Of a stretch of 64,000 bases of DNA, positions 1 through 9,330 are shown piece by piece (position 1 is the first letter of the stretch; every line of letters begins with the position of its first letter). This stretch comes from Gammaproteobacteria bacterium. Lineage in GTDB: Bacteria; Pseudomonadota; Gammaproteobacteria; UBA4575. The notes under the pieces are model-generated. The model made no database searches. It was not told the DNA's origin and saw only the letters and a list, made by a program, of their open reading frames with translations. Made by a program: the position numbers and the translations under genes. The DNA lies in contig CBDCTA010000029.1 in the NCBI GenBank assembly GCA_965221955.1, forward strand, positions 495,852-559,851, in the 5' to 3' direction.

Positions 1-73
1 CGCTTCCTCGATATTTTTTTGCCTCGTCTGAGTCGTAAATTTAGTAATATGTCACTAATAAATCAGAGCTTTC
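1..73 (+). repeat. Intergenic repeat family, copy A (3' part, truncated by window edge), upstream of panB
   Basis: Aligns with the 3' half of the 100-140 bp repeat (tcgatatttttttgcctcgtct...aaatcagagctttc). It ends about 13 bp before the panB ATG. Confidence 0.6.
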
Positions 74-86
74 TAATTTAAATAAG

Positions 87-884
87 ATGAGCATTCATAA
101 ACCACATAAAAATATAACGCTTAGTCGTTTGCAAGAGATGAAGGCGAATAATGAAAAGATTGCTTGCTTGACGGCTTACGATGCAAGTTTTGCAGCTATT
201 CTTGATCAAGTTGGAATGGATGTCATCCTTGTGGGAGATTCACTCGGCATGGTTGTGCAGGGACAAGACAGTACTGTATCTGTGACGATGGAAGATATGA
301 TTTATCACAGCCAATGTGTAAGTGCTGCTGTAAAGCAGGCCTTTGTGATTGCGGATATGCCGTTTATGTCTTATACCAATGTTGAACAAGCGTTAGCGAA
401 TGCCACGGATTTAATTCAGTTAGGTGGTGCGCAAATGGTGAAGCTTGAAGCTTCTAGTAGACAGGTAAGTATTGTGCAAGAGCTAAGCGAATGCGGAATT
501 CCTATTTGTGCGCATTTGGGTTTGCGCCCACAATACATTCATAAGCTTGGTGGCTATGCCATGCAAGGCAAAGATGAAGCCAGTGCTAAAGAACTAACTC
601 AAAGTGCACAAAGTCTGCAAGCAGCAGGTGCTGATATGTTGTTACTGGAATGTGTGCCGGATGCGTTAGCGAAAAAGATTACACAAAAATCAGCTATACC
701 TGTGATAGGGATAGGTGCAGGTAAAGAATGTGACGGACAAATTCTTGTATTGCATGATGTTATTGGAATTACCCATGGCGTAACACCAAAGTTTGCAAAA
801 AACTTTCTTGTTGAGGCTGATGATATTCCATCTGCTATTGGTCAATACGTTAAAGATGTGAAAAATCTTACCTTCCCATCTTAA
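87..884 (+). CDS. panB: 3-methyl-2-oxobutanoate hydroxymethyltransferase
   Basis: 265 aa ORF with a PanB-like sequence throughout (TAYDASFA, VGDSLGMV motifs). It is followed by panC. Confidence 0.9.
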   Translation: MSIHKPHKNITLSRLQEMKANNEKIACLTAYDASFAAILDQVGMDVILVGDSLGMVVQGQDSTVSVTMEDMIYHSQCVSAAVKQAFVIADMPFMSYTNVEQALANATDLIQLGGAQMVKLEASSRQVSIVQELSECGIPICAHLGLRPQYIHKLGGYAMQGKDEASAKELTQSAQSLQAAGADMLLLECVPDALAKKITQKSAIPVIGIGAGKECDGQILVLHDVIGITHGVTPKFAKNFLVEADDIPSAIGQYVKDVKNLTFPS

Positions 885-885
885 A

Positions 886-1007
886 GAAGCTCTGATTGAA
901 CTTAATACTTCGTTAAAAAAATAATCTCAAATTCGCTCATGTATATATCAATACACTTCGCTCTTTTCGATATTTTTTGCCTCGTCTTAAAGTAAATCAA
1001 AACTTCC
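886..1007 (+). repeat. Intergenic repeat family, copy B, between panB and panC
   Basis: Full-length copy: gaagctctgattgaacttaata-cttcgttaaaaaaataatctcaaattcgctcatgtatatatcaatacacttcgctcttttcgatattttttgcctcgtcttaaagtaaatcaaaacttcc. Confidence 0.7.
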
Positions 1008-1017
1008 TACACTCCGC

Positions 1018-1869
1018 ATGTTTACGGTAAATACTGTTGCAGAACTACGCAAGAAAATAAGCGCTTGGAAATCTCAAGGTAAAAAAATCGTATTCGTTCC
1101 CACGATGGGAAACTTACATATTGGGCATATGGCATTGGTTAAACATGCGCATCGCTGTGGAGATAAAGTTGTTTGTAGTATTTTCGTCAACGCACTGCAG
1201 TTTGATCGCAATGAAGATTTAAATGCTTACCCACGCACGCCAGATCAAGATCTTGCTGCATTAGAAAATGAAAATGTAGACTTAGTTTTTATGCCTACGC
1301 ATGAAGAAGTATATGCAGAAGAAAACAAGCCGAAAAAAGTAATTCCAAAGCATCCGCTCAACCAAGAGCTATGTGGCGAATATCGTCCAGGTTTTTTTGA
1401 TGGCATCGTTGAAGTGGTTGCAAGATTATTTAATATGGTTACACCTGATGTGGCGGTGTTTGGTGAGAAGGATTATCAACAGTTAATCATTATTAAATTA
1501 TTAGTTGCGAATTTAGGCTTGCCTATAAAAATTGAATCCGTTGCAACTCAAAGAGAAGAAGATGGATTGGCATATAGCTCACGGAATTCATATTTGAGTG
1601 CAGAAGAAAGAGCAAAAGCTAAGCATTTGCATGCAGCATTAATGAGTGTAAAGACTCAAATTAAATCCGGTTTTAAAAACTTTGAGGCATTGGAAGATCA
1701 AGCGATGGGACAGCTTTCTTTGGCCGGATTTCGGCCTGATTATGTAGCTATTCGGGATGCTGAAGATCTTGCTAATCCTGCATATGCTACTGATTCTATT
1801 GTAATTTTAGCAGCTGCGTGGCTAGGGAAAGCGCGCTTGATCGACAACCTACTGTTACAAATGCGCTAA
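1018..1869 (+). CDS. panC: Pantoate--beta-alanine ligase
   Basis: 283 aa with the PanC HIGH-type motif (PTMGNLHIGH). It immediately follows panB. Confidence 0.9.
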   Translation: MFTVNTVAELRKKISAWKSQGKKIVFVPTMGNLHIGHMALVKHAHRCGDKVVCSIFVNALQFDRNEDLNAYPRTPDQDLAALENENVDLVFMPTHEEVYAEENKPKKVIPKHPLNQELCGEYRPGFFDGIVEVVARLFNMVTPDVAVFGEKDYQQLIIIKLLVANLGLPIKIESVATQREEDGLAYSSRNSYLSAEERAKAKHLHAALMSVKTQIKSGFKNFEALEDQAMGQLSLAGFRPDYVAIRDAEDLANPAYATDSIVILAAAWLGKARLIDNLLLQMR

Positions 1870-1923
1870 ATCAGTATACTTTACTTATACAGATTCTATG
1901 CGATTTTAAATTAGGAGTTAATT

Positions 1924-2022
1924 ATGTGGATGTTGGTTGTTTTATGTGTTGTATTAACAGTAGCAATAAACCTTGCAGCACAATTGAATTTATTCAGTCA
2001 TCTTAAGAATGGTACTTATTAA
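1924..2022 (+). CDS. Putative small hydrophobic peptide (32 aa, MWMLVVLCVVLTVAINLAAQLNLFSHLKNGTY)
   Basis: ATG preceded by a strong SD (ttAGGAGttaattATG, 5 nt spacing). A single predicted TM helix. A terminator follows directly. The ORF is too short for the ORF track. Confidence 0.35.
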   Translation: MWMLVVLCVVLTVAINLAAQLNLFSHLKNGTY

Positions 2023-2058
2023 TAGTTGCTAATTCTTTTAAGGAAATTGAGAATTCTA

Positions 2059-2087
2059 GGGGCGCATGTTGCGCCCTTATTTTTTTG
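2059..2087 (+). terminator. Rho-independent terminator after panC/small ORF
   Basis: Stem gggcgca-tgt-tgcgccc followed by ttatttttttg. Confidence 0.6.
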
Positions 2088-2090
2088 TCC

Positions 2091-2215
2091 TGAAGAAGCA
2101 TTGATTTGTTCTGGCTACTTCGTTAAAAATCATTTCTATTTCATTAATGTATAGATCAATACACATCACTCATTTCAATGATTTTTGTCTCGTCTCAAAA
2201 TAAATCAATGTTTCT
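2091..2215 (+). repeat. Intergenic repeat family, copy C, upstream of pgi
   Basis: gaagaagcattgatttgttctggcta-cttcgttaaaaatcatttctatttcattaatgtatagatcaatacacatcactcatttcaatgatttttgtctcgtctcaaaataaatcaatgtttcttt. It ends 8 bp before the pgi ATG. Confidence 0.7.
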
Positions 2216-2222
2216 TTGAGAT

Positions 2223-3785
2223 ATGGGTAGATCATTAACAAAGTTATCTTCTTACCAAGCGCTCGCTTCACACTTTGACGAAATAAAATCGCAAACTTTG
2301 CGCCAAATGTTTGCGCAAGATGTAAATCGTTTTTCTAATTTTTCTGTGCAGCTCAATGGCTTGCTGTTTGACTACTCAAAAAATCGCATTACACAAGATA
2401 CCATCAAAGAGCTCGTTACTTTGTTTGATGAATGTGATGTTTCTATGTGGCGAGACAAAATGTTTGCTGGTGAAAAGATTAATTCAACAGAAAATCGAGC
2501 AGTACAGCATGTGGCTTTGCGTGATTTGGAGAATAAAGATTCTGATATTGCAAGTAAGCAACTAGATGTATTAGAAAAAATTGAATCTTTTGTTTCTAAT
2601 TTGTATGCATCAAATATAACAGATGTCGTGAATATTGGTATTGGCGGCTCACATCTTGGCCCACAGTTTGTGTGTGATGCATTGCAAGAGTTTTCAAAGC
2701 CAAATATTAATATTCATTTTGTATCAAACGTGGACGCGGAAGAAAGTAAACGCGTGTTACAAAAGCTTAAACCAGAAACTACCATATTTATTGTTACTTC
2801 CAAGAGTTTTACCACGCAAGAAACGCTTACTAATGCTTTGGCTGCAAGAATTTGGTTAGCAGATGGCCAGAACTTAAAAAACCAAGATCATTTTGTTGCG
2901 GTCACTGCAAATGTAGACAAAGCCATTGAGTTCGGCATTACAAAAGATAATATTTTCCCGATGTGGGATGAAATTGGAGGGCGTTATTCGCTTTGGTCGG
3001 CTGTAGGCTTATCGATTGTAATAGCGATAGGTATGGATGCGTTTAAAGAATTACTTGAAGGCGCGCATACGATGGATGAGCATTTTGTTTCTACGCCCGC
3101 GAATAAAAACATTCCTGTGTTAATGGCATTGTTAGATATTTGGAATCAACATTTTATCGGTGCTACTGCACACGCTATTTTGCCTTACGATGTACGCTTA
3201 ACGTATTTGCCTGCTTATTTACAGCAATTAGTAATGGAGAGTAATGGTAAATCGGTTGATCGTGAAGGGCAGCTGTTAGCAGTACCAAGTTCTGCAGTTT
3301 TATTTGGTGATGTAGGTACAAATGCGCAACATAGTTTTTTCCAATTACTGCATCAAGGTACACAAGAAGTTTGTTGTGATTTCATTGGAGTAGTAAAACC
3401 TGCTCACAAAAATAAAGAGCAGCATGATATTTTATTAGCTAATATGATTGGTCAAACTCAAGCTTTGATGATGGGGCAAACACTTGAAGAGGTTGGGGCT
3501 AATGAATTTGCAGAGCATAAAGTGTTTTCCGGCAATCGAGTCAGCAATACAATTTTTTTAAACGAACTAACGCCTCACTCGTTAGGGATGCTACTTGCCA
3601 TGTATGAACATAAAACGTTTGCACACGGTGTATTGCTCAATATTAATTCCTTTGATCAGATGGGGGTTGAGTTAGGTAAAAAACTAGCTAATAACTTACT
3701 CGACAAAATTAAAAGCACGAATGCTGTGGAGGATGAAGACTCATCAACTAATGCATTGATAAATTTTTATAAGAAATTTAAATAA
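2223..3785 (+). CDS. pgi: Glucose-6-phosphate isomerase
   Basis: 520 aa with PGI family motifs (GIGGSHLGP, the SKSFTTQET region, C-terminal GVLLNINSFDQMGVELGK). Confidence 0.9.
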   Translation: MGRSLTKLSSYQALASHFDEIKSQTLRQMFAQDVNRFSNFSVQLNGLLFDYSKNRITQDTIKELVTLFDECDVSMWRDKMFAGEKINSTENRAVQHVALRDLENKDSDIASKQLDVLEKIESFVSNLYASNITDVVNIGIGGSHLGPQFVCDALQEFSKPNINIHFVSNVDAEESKRVLQKLKPETTIFIVTSKSFTTQETLTNALAARIWLADGQNLKNQDHFVAVTANVDKAIEFGITKDNIFPMWDEIGGRYSLWSAVGLSIVIAIGMDAFKELLEGAHTMDEHFVSTPANKNIPVLMALLDIWNQHFIGATAHAILPYDVRLTYLPAYLQQLVMESNGKSVDREGQLLAVPSSAVLFGDVGTNAQHSFFQLLHQGTQEVCCDFIGVVKPAHKNKEQHDILLANMIGQTQALMMGQTLEEVGANEFAEHKVFSGNRVSNTIFLNELTPHSLGMLLAMYEHKTFAHGVLLNINSFDQMGVELGKKLANNLLDKIKSTNAVEDEDSSTNALINFYKKFK

Positions 3786-4859
3786 CTAGTTTAGTGTATG
3801 TTGTTGTAATGCCCATGCAACATGTTCTCTGACTAATTCGCTTGCATGGTTTCGTTTTTCTTGTAATGCGCGAAGTATTTTCGGTGAGCTGGATGCATTG
3901 CCTAGTGCTACCGCAATATTCCTCAGCCAGCATTCGTAGCCAACTCGCCTTATGGCAGAGCCTTCAGTATTTTTTAGGAAATCCTCTTCGCTCCAATTAA
4001 ATAAATCAATTAACTGCGGTGCATCTAAATTATTACGCACAGCAAAATCTGCCAGCTCACTTTTTTGTTCAAAGCGATTCCAGGGGCAATATAGTTGGCA
4101 GTCATCACAGCCATAGATGCGGTTACCCATCGCTTTTCTAAATTCAACAGGAATGGAGGTTTTTAATTCAATCGTGTGGTAAGAAATGCAACGTCGTGCA
4201 TCAAGTTTATACGGTGCAATGATTGCCTGAGTTGGACAAACTTCTATGCAGGTTTGACAGGTTCCGCAATGATTTTCGACACGCGAATCTATAGGTAATG
4301 GTAAATCGGTATATAGCTCACCAAGAAAAAACCATGAACCACATTCTTTGTTAATTAAATTGGTGTGTTTGCCTATCCAACCGAGACCGGCTTTTTCTGC
4401 TAAGGCTTTCTCAAGCACGGGGGCGCTATCGGTAAATGCTCGATAACCAAATGGCCCTACTGTATTCGCTATTTTATCTGCAAGTTTTTGTAAGCGTTTG
4501 CGAATCACTTTGTGATAGTCGCGCCCTAATGCATAGCGAGAAATATAAGCTTGTTCATAATTAGCTAATACTTCTTCTTCGCTTACTGCGTCTGGAGTTT
4601 GATAGTTAATACGTGTGGAGATGATACGAATAGTTCCAGGCACGAGTTTTTCTGGACGTGTGCGCTTCGTACCATGCTCACCCATGTAATACATTTCTCC
4701 GTGATAACCTGCATCTAGCCAATTCATTAAATGCGTTTCATGATCATTTAATTCAGTATTGCTGATACCGATTTCATCAAAGCCTAATTCTTTTCCCCAG
4801 TCTTTTATATCTTGAGCAAGCTTTGAAAAATCTATAGTTGGGTTATTCATTGCTAACAT
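3786..4859 (-). CDS. queG: tRNA epoxyqueuosine(34) reductase
   Basis: 357 aa with 4Fe-4S ferredoxin-type Cys motifs (CGTCQTCIEVCP, CDDCQLYCP) and a QueG-like C-terminus. It is divergent from nnr, as queG(yjeS)/nnr(yjeF) are in E. coli. Confidence 0.85.
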   Translation of the reverse strand: MLAMNNPTIDFSKLAQDIKDWGKELGFDEIGISNTELNDHETHLMNWLDAGYHGEMYYMGEHGTKRTRPEKLVPGTIRIISTRINYQTPDAVSEEEVLANYEQAYISRYALGRDYHKVIRKRLQKLADKIANTVGPFGYRAFTDSAPVLEKALAEKAGLGWIGKHTNLINKECGSWFFLGELYTDLPLPIDSRVENHCGTCQTCIEVCPTQAIIAPYKLDARRCISYHTIELKTSIPVEFRKAMGNRIYGCDDCQLYCPWNRFEQKSELADFAVRNNLDAPQLIDLFNWSEEDFLKNTEGSAIRRVGYECWLRNIAVALGNASSSPKILRALQEKRNHASELVREHVAWALQQHTLN

Positions 4860-4867
4860 ATAATAAA

Positions 4868-5010
4868 GGAAACTTTGATTTATACTGTCATGTTAATTTT
4901 TATGGTCGTTAAATTGATTACTTAAAATGCTCATGTATAGTTAATACACTCCGCTTTCTCGTAATCAATTTGCCTCATCTCAATCATTTCATTAGTAAAT
5001 CAAAGCTTCC
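4868..5010 (+). repeat. Intergenic repeat family, copy D (variant subfamily with tatggtcgttaaa start), upstream of nnr
   Basis: aggaaactttgatttatactgtc...tatggtcgttaaattgattacttaaaatgctcatgtatagttaatacactccgctttctcgtaatcaatttgcctcatctcaatcatttcattagtaaatcaaagcttcc. It ends 8 bp before the nnr ATG. Confidence 0.65.
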
Positions 5011-5018
5011 TTTAAGTT

Positions 5019-6494
5019 ATGAGTGAATTAGCGAATCAAATTTACTTAGCACATCAAGTACGCGAGCTTGATCGTATTGCCATAGAAGAATTTAACATAC
5101 CCAGTTTTACTTTAATGCAACGTGCTGCAGAAGCAGCATTTAAAGAAATACAGCAATCATGGCCGAATGTTAGTCGTATTATCGTATTGGTGGGTACGGG
5201 CAACAATGGTGGAGATGGCTATGTGATTGCAAGTCTTGCTTTGACTGCAAATATTGCGACCCAAGTCATTCAGGTGGGTGATCATACGAAATTGCAAGGT
5301 GATGCGAAAAAAGCCCACGACTTATTTGTTGAGAAGGGTGGAAAATGTGAGGTTTTTGACGACCTTGCATATTCAGATTGTGATGTGATTGTAGATGCTT
5401 TATTGGGTACTGGTTTGACACGAATGGTTGAAGGCAATTATGCAAAAGCAATTGGTAGAGCCAATCAGCATTCAGCGCCAATATTAAGTGTTGATATTCC
5501 ATCAGGCCTTAATGCCGACAATGGTCTTGCAATGGGTATTGCAGCGGTTGCTCAGGTGACAGTGACCTTTGTAGGTATGAAGCTTGGTTTATTAACTGCA
5601 GCGGGGCGTGAGTATTCAGGTAAAATCATTTTTAATCATTTGGAAATTTCAGAAAAAGTTTATCAATCCATGCCAGCTACTTGTCAATCGATTCAATTAA
5701 GTGATTTTCAAACCTTGCTTGGTGCACGTAAAGCAGATGCGCATAAAGGTGATTTTGGTCATGTGTTGATTATTGGTGGCAATGCAGGCATGGCAGGTTC
5801 CGTGATGTTAAGTGCTGAAGCTGCGGCTAGAACGGGTGCAGGTTTGGTTTCTGTTGCTACCATTCCGCAACATGCAACAGCTGCATTGTCTTCATGTAGA
5901 GAAATCATGGTGCATGGAATAGAAGGAGTTTCACAATTAAATACCTTACTGCAACAATGTAGCGTCGTAGCAGTGGGCCCTGGGCTTGGGAAAGATGATT
6001 GGGCGAAAACTTTATTTGCTCGGGTGATGGAGTTTGAAATTCCCATGGTTGTGGATGCGGATGGGTTAAATCTTTTAGCTGGTGAGCCAATGCAAAAACC
6101 ATCGTGGGTGATTACACCGCATCCTGGTGAAGCAGCACGCTTGTTAGATTGCTCAACAAAACAAGTACAAGAAGATCGTTTGCAATCCGTGCAGGCATTA
6201 CAAAAAAAATTTGGTGGAGTAAGTGTATTGAAAGGAAGTGGAACTTTAGTAGCATCTGAAACCGATGTTTCAATTTGCACTGCAGGTAATCCGGGAATGG
6301 CAAGTGGTGGTATGGGGGATGTACTAACCGGAATTATTGCTGGTTTGTTAGCACAAGGCTTGAATATCTATGATGCTGCTCGTTTTGGTGTGCAGTTGCA
6401 TGCACAAAGTGCAGATCTTGCTGCGAAAGAGGGTATGCGTGGCATGATTGCCAGTGATTTATTTATACCACTGCGAAATTTAGTCAACGCTTAA
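5019..6494 (+). CDS. nnr: Bifunctional NAD(P)H-hydrate repair enzyme (epimerase/dehydratase, YjeF family)
   Basis: 491 aa. N-terminal YjeF_N (GTGNNGGDG) and C-terminal carbohydrate-kinase-like domain (GPGLG, GDVLTG). Confidence 0.85.
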   Translation: MSELANQIYLAHQVRELDRIAIEEFNIPSFTLMQRAAEAAFKEIQQSWPNVSRIIVLVGTGNNGGDGYVIASLALTANIATQVIQVGDHTKLQGDAKKAHDLFVEKGGKCEVFDDLAYSDCDVIVDALLGTGLTRMVEGNYAKAIGRANQHSAPILSVDIPSGLNADNGLAMGIAAVAQVTVTFVGMKLGLLTAAGREYSGKIIFNHLEISEKVYQSMPATCQSIQLSDFQTLLGARKADAHKGDFGHVLIIGGNAGMAGSVMLSAEAAARTGAGLVSVATIPQHATAALSSCREIMVHGIEGVSQLNTLLQQCSVVAVGPGLGKDDWAKTLFARVMEFEIPMVVDADGLNLLAGEPMQKPSWVITPHPGEAARLLDCSTKQVQEDRLQSVQALQKKFGGVSVLKGSGTLVASETDVSICTAGNPGMASGGMGDVLTGIIAGLLAQGLNIYDAARFGVQLHAQSADLAAKEGMRGMIASDLFIPLRNLVNA

Positions 6495-6503
6495 AGATTC
6501 CCT

Positions 6504-6950
6504 ATGACGACACTCGTAGGCGAATCTGCCACATTAGAGTTTTCTGCAAAATTTGCATCCTTATGTAAGCCACCATTAGTGATTTATTTGCAAGGTGATT
6601 TGGGTAGCGGCAAAACGACTTTTGCACGTGGATTGATCGGAGCCTTAGGGTATTGCGGCAATGTGAAGAGTCCAACATTCTCTCTAGTAGAAATCTATGA
6701 TTTTGAAGGGATGCGCCTTTACCATTTCGACCTATATCGTTTAAAAGATCCGCTTGAATTGGAGTACACCGGTATACGAGATTTGGTAGGAGAAGATGAA
6801 GTAGTGTGTCTAATCGAGTGGCCAGAGCGAGGTGGAGAAGAGTTACCGCCAGCAGATTTAGTCATAAAACTGGAATATCAAGGCGATGCTCGCAAAGTAG
6901 CTTGGCAGGCTGAATCAACAAAAGGTCAAGCGATTATCGATAAATTATGA
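6504..6950 (+). CDS. tsaE: tRNA threonylcarbamoyladenosine biosynthesis ATPase TsaE
   Basis: 148 aa with a Walker A motif GDLGSGKTTF. The position after nnr is conserved (yjeF-yjeE). Confidence 0.85.
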   Translation: MTTLVGESATLEFSAKFASLCKPPLVIYLQGDLGSGKTTFARGLIGALGYCGNVKSPTFSLVEIYDFEGMRLYHFDLYRLKDPLELEYTGIRDLVGEDEVVCLIEWPERGGEELPPADLVIKLEYQGDARKVAWQAESTKGQAIIDKL

Positions 6951-7068
6951 GATCAGGCTCTAATAAATTGGCATAGGCCATTAGTTTTAATAGAGTTTTT
7001 GCTTGCAATTTCGTTTATATTTGTCACACTTTAAGTCCGGTTTCATGTTGTAAGGACTACAGCCCCAC

Positions 7069-8508
7069 GTGCAGCAGCATTTTCATACTGGTAATCCGTT
7101 AAAAATACAGGCATCAAGATTAGCTCAAATTCTAATCTATTCCATTTCTGTGTTAGTAGGTTCAGTGTTTTTCATGCTGAGCACTTCCAGTTTTGCTGCC
7201 AACAATATTGCTCAAATCAGTGATCTTCGAATTGCCGATCGCAAGACAGAAACACGAATAGTTTTCGATTTAAACGCACCTGTAAAGCACAGTATTTTTG
7301 TACTAAAAAATCCAGACCGTGTAGTGTTGGATATCGGGCAATGCGATGCGAATGGCAAGCTCAAAGTGGGTCGCGTGGGTGGCACACTGGTTAAAGATTT
7401 GCGTTATGCACAAAAGACGAATGAAAAATTACGCGTCGTATTTGATTTAAATTCACCGGTATCCCCAAAAAGCTTTTTGTTGCCACCACAAAGTGGCAAG
7501 GCCTATCGATTAGTCATCGATCTGACTGCGACAACTGCGCTTACAACGGCTCCAAGTGAAACAAAAAAGCCGCACGCTGAACCTGTAGTAGCTATGAAAG
7601 ATGCACCTGTAAGCCGTCGTGATGTCGTCATCGCAATTGATGCAGGTCATGGAGGTAAAGACCCGGGTGCAATTGGTCGTGGAGGCACGCGTGAAAAAGA
7701 TATTGTGCTTTCTATTTCTAAAAGACTTAAAAATCTAATTGATAAAGAACCTGGAATGAAAGCAGTGTTAATTCGAGATCGTGATACTTTTGTTCCGTTA
7801 AGAGGAAGAATTAAAAAAGCCAGCAAGTTAAATGCTGATATTTTTCTTTCTATTCATGCGGATGCTGCAGTAAATCGTCGTGCTAAGGGTTCTTCGGTAT
7901 ATGTGCTATCGCAACATGGTGCAACCAGTGAGGCCGCGCGTATCTTAGCGCAACGCGAAAATGCGTCAGATAAAATTGGTGGGGTTAGCCTAGAAGACAA
8001 AGATGATGTGTTGAAATCGGTATTGGTCGATTTATCACAAACCGCGACCATTGATGCCAGTATCGACTTAGCAGAAGACATTCTTAACGAGCTCGCTAAA
8101 GTTGGAAATATATTACGAGACGAAGTAGAACAAGCGGGTTTTGCAGTGTTGAAATCGCCCGACATTCCATCTGTTTTAGTTGAGACTGCATTTATTTCAA
8201 ACCCTGCAGAAGAAAAGCGTTTAAAAACAACAACGCATCAACAAAAACTTGCTACCGCAATTCTTAAGGGTTTACGTCGTTATGCAAAAGATCATGCTCC
8301 TGCAAATGCAATTTTGGCGAGTGCTCCGACTCCTACACCACTGACTAGATACACCATAAAACGTGGCGATACCTTGTCTGGCATTGCGGTACGTTACAAA
8401 GTCAGCATTAGAGATTTACGCAAAGCGAATGGATTGCGTTCAGATGTACTTAAAGTAGGGCAAGTATTAACCATTCCAACATCACCTATGGTTACTGCTG
8501 GCGCGTAA
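7069..8508 (+). CDS. amiB: N-acetylmuramoyl-L-alanine amidase (AMIN domain + Amidase_3 + C-terminal LysM)
   Basis: 479 aa with a signal/TM N-terminus and an amidase_3 core (AIDAGHGGKDPGA, SIHADA). The C-terminal LysM reads YTIKRGDTLSGIAVRY. The name amiB is assigned by synteny (nnr-tsaE-amiB-mutL); it could equally be called amiC. Confidence 0.85.
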   Translation: MQQHFHTGNPLKIQASRLAQILIYSISVLVGSVFFMLSTSSFAANNIAQISDLRIADRKTETRIVFDLNAPVKHSIFVLKNPDRVVLDIGQCDANGKLKVGRVGGTLVKDLRYAQKTNEKLRVVFDLNSPVSPKSFLLPPQSGKAYRLVIDLTATTALTTAPSETKKPHAEPVVAMKDAPVSRRDVVIAIDAGHGGKDPGAIGRGGTREKDIVLSISKRLKNLIDKEPGMKAVLIRDRDTFVPLRGRIKKASKLNADIFLSIHADAAVNRRAKGSSVYVLSQHGATSEAARILAQRENASDKIGGVSLEDKDDVLKSVLVDLSQTATIDASIDLAEDILNELAKVGNILRDEVEQAGFAVLKSPDIPSVLVETAFISNPAEEKRLKTTTHQQKLATAILKGLRRYAKDHAPANAILASAPTPTPLTRYTIKRGDTLSGIAVRYKVSIRDLRKANGLRSDVLKVGQVLTIPTSPMVTAGA

Positions 8509-8538
8509 TTTAAAAAGTTTGATTTGAAGGGAGAGCTG

Positions 8539-8561
8539 CGCACGGATGCGCAATTATATTG
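8539..8561 (+). terminator. Possible weak terminator after amiB
   Basis: gcgca-cgga-tgcgc hairpin followed by aattatatt. The stem is only 5 bp. Confidence 0.3.
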
Positions 8562-8719
8562 TGAGTCTAGGGGTATGCGAATATGATTCGCAGAGAGGGC
8601 GACCTACAGAGATGTTGGAAGTGCTAGAAAGCAGGATGCAGTTTCTAGTGAGACGCAACTGATTAAAGTCCAGTGATTTTAATTAAGCGCAGGTTGGGGA
8701 GCTCAAAGCATATTTTCAA

Positions 8720-8749
8720 AAAGTCAGCTTTCGGTCAATAGCAGACATT
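8720..8749. promoter_or_regulatory. 30-bp imperfect palindrome motif, copy 1 (aaagtcagc-tttcggtcaata-gcagacatt), 3' of the ECF sigma gene
   Basis: Shares arms (AATGTC/GACATT) and a central core with the copies at 9820 and 10779. In minus orientation it is followed by TTTTT, so it may act as the terminator of the sigma gene. Confidence 0.45.
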
Positions 8750-8763
8750 CAATGTATCACTTA

Positions 8764-9330
8764 CTAGCAACATTGATCCTTATTTAAGCTGTTTTTTTGC
8801 TTATACTCGATCACCTTTCCAAAACGATCCTTTTCAATTTCACAACAAGCTAGAAGTTCTTCTTTTAATTTAATGCGTCCTCGCTGTATACGTGACTTCA
8901 TTCCTGAAACCGAAATACCTATTCGCTCTGCGGCATCAGCTTGCTTAATTTCATTGAAGTCTGCTAATAGCAGAGCTTCCTTGTATTTCGGTTCCAGCTT
9001 GTTTGTAAGTGGTCTCAAACATTTGGCAAATTCACTATCTACGTTGTCAGGCATACTTTCATAATCAGCTATTGTAGTTTCAAGGTCATTAACATCATTT
9101 GATGCATTTATATTCGAGTGTTTTCGGTAATAGTCTGTAATTCTATTTTTGGCAACGATGTAAATCCATGCAAGTGGATTTTCAGCATCAGTTAACGCGC
9201 CCTCATTTTGTAGTACGCTTAAGAGAATGTCGTGTACTAAATCCTCAGATACATCGACATCCACTTTGGTACGAATATACTTGGTTAATAAGGATCGCAA
9301 CTCATCCCAAGTTGTATTTAATTCGGACAT
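8764..9330 (-). CDS. ECF (sigma-70 family, group 4) RNA polymerase sigma factor with a short Cys-pair C-terminal extension
   Basis: 188 aa. Region 2 reads DLVHDILLSV...WIYIVAKNRITDYYRK and the region 4 HTH reads ADFNEIKQADAAERIGISVSGMKSRIQRGR. The roughly 35 aa tail contains two CC pairs (LLACCEI...KDQCC). Confidence 0.8.
   Translation of the reverse strand: MSELNTTWDELRSLLTKYIRTKVDVDVSEDLVHDILLSVLQNEGALTDAENPLAWIYIVAKNRITDYYRKHSNINASNDVNDLETTIADYESMPDNVDSEFAKCLRPLTNKLEPKYKEALLLADFNEIKQADAAERIGISVSGMKSRIQRGRIKLKEELLACCEIEKDRFGKVIEYKQKNSLNKDQCC

Noticed and set aside
886-1007. Reading the 120-bp repeat as a sigma-70 promoter (TTGCCT as -35, or TGTATATAT as extended -10)
   Set aside because: The spacings do not fit a canonical promoter. 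There is no TATAAT-like hexamer 17 bp after TTGCCT and no -35 located 17 bp before the TATAT box. The AT-richness makes hexamer matching unreliable, so I report the element as a repeat of unknown function.
1818-2006. 62-aa ORF overlapping the panC 3' end
   Set aside because: It overlaps the panC stop in another frame and has no SD. The short 1924-2022 ORF with a perfect SD is the better candidate in this gap.
5266-6303. Several antisense ORFs (5266-5502, 5759-6280, 5905-6102, 6112-6303) inside nnr
   Set aside because: They are fully nested antisense to a well-supported conserved gene. They have low-complexity or Cys/Ser-rich translations and no SD, so they are typical spurious frames.
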